From a virus (lineage: Duplodnaviria > Caudoviricetes): DNA of 34,301 bases. Each line of letters begins with the position of its first letter. The stretch's first letter is position 1. Both the position numbers and the translations under genes were made by a program. Location of the stretch: positions 1 through 34,301 of IMG/VR virus record IMGVR_UViG_3300043118_000026. One strand, written 5' to 3'. Positions 33,966-34,301 of this stretch are shown one piece after another. The notes under the pieces are model-generated. The model did no database searches and had not been told where the DNA came from. It was given only the letters and a program-made list of their open reading frames with translations.

Positions 33966-34301
33966 TTATGCGCTCCGGGCCATTTGACAGTGCGCGATAG
34001 CGTTAGATTTTGTATCCTTGTGGCAATACCCGGCTTTGCGTTCGCCCACGTTTGGGCGCTCGCGCCGGGGCGCGCCATCTGACTGCCAACGCTCGGGCCA
34101 GATGTCCCTTGGGGACACGTTCAGCTTCCGGGCAATGGCCCGTTCAACACGGGGGTAGCGGGTGCGCTTGGCGTTAATAACAGACTGCCTTGCAATGCCT
34201 AACTCTTGGGCCACAAGTGCGAGAGATGATCCGCGGACGCGGAGCTGGTACTTCACACATTCCCAGCGCTGCTCCGGATCGGTTGGAAATTTGATGCTCA
34301 T
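33966..34301 (-). CDS. ner: Ner-like transcriptional regulator
   Basis: L..RG.SL..VA..LG, YPR.E..IA..L.V.P..IWP.RW motif, first gene of the early operon. Confidence 0.9.
   Translation of the reverse strand: MSIKFPTDPEQRWECVKYQLRVRGSSLALVAQELGIARQSVINAKRTRYPRVERAIARKLNVSPRDIWPERWQSDGAPRRERPNVGERKAGYCHKDTKSNAIAHCQMARSA

Larger units (their letters stand above)
1..34301 (-). mobile_element. Mu-like transposable phage/prophage (ends and repressor not in window)
   Basis: Gene order ner-transposase-ATPase-early genes-Mor-lysis-terminase-portal-F-G-I-T-tail-baseplate-fibre is colinear with phage Mu, tightly packed with 1-4 bp overlaps. Confidence 0.97.

Noticed and set aside
2803-34301. Second DGR variable repeat elsewhere in the window
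   Set aside because: No other TR-like segment or lectin-type C-terminus seen by eye. A BLASTN of TR against the full genome is needed to exclude remote targets.

Overview
A nearly complete Mu-like (transposable, contractile-tailed) phage or prophage genome of a GC-rich proteobacterial host, almost entirely on the - strand. Read from right to left it encodes ner, a DDE transposase, an AAA ATPase, small early and semi-essential genes (DUF3164-like, HU, GemA, Mor/C), a lysis cassette, terminases, portal, MuF, G, protease/scaffold, capsid, tail, tape measure, baseplate and a tail-fibre module. The repressor and both att ends lie outside the window. Two RNA-based systems stand out. (1) An intact diversity-generating retroelement at 1-2802 (target with VR, avd, TR, RT) sits where Mu has its invertible G segment. 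All 11 TR/VR mismatches fall on TR adenines, and the GRNA-loop target hairpin appears to lie inside avd. (2) Two tandem type II hammerhead ribozymes (27983-28040 and 28312-28371) flank one small gene and are predicted to excise a 329-nt gene-bearing RNA that could circularise. Also seen are a -2 tail-chaperone frameshift site, two matching late promoters, an internal scaffold start, an antisense secreted-protein moron and a MuF C-terminal nuclease-like extension. Protein family calls come from motif recall and Mu synteny, not from database searches.
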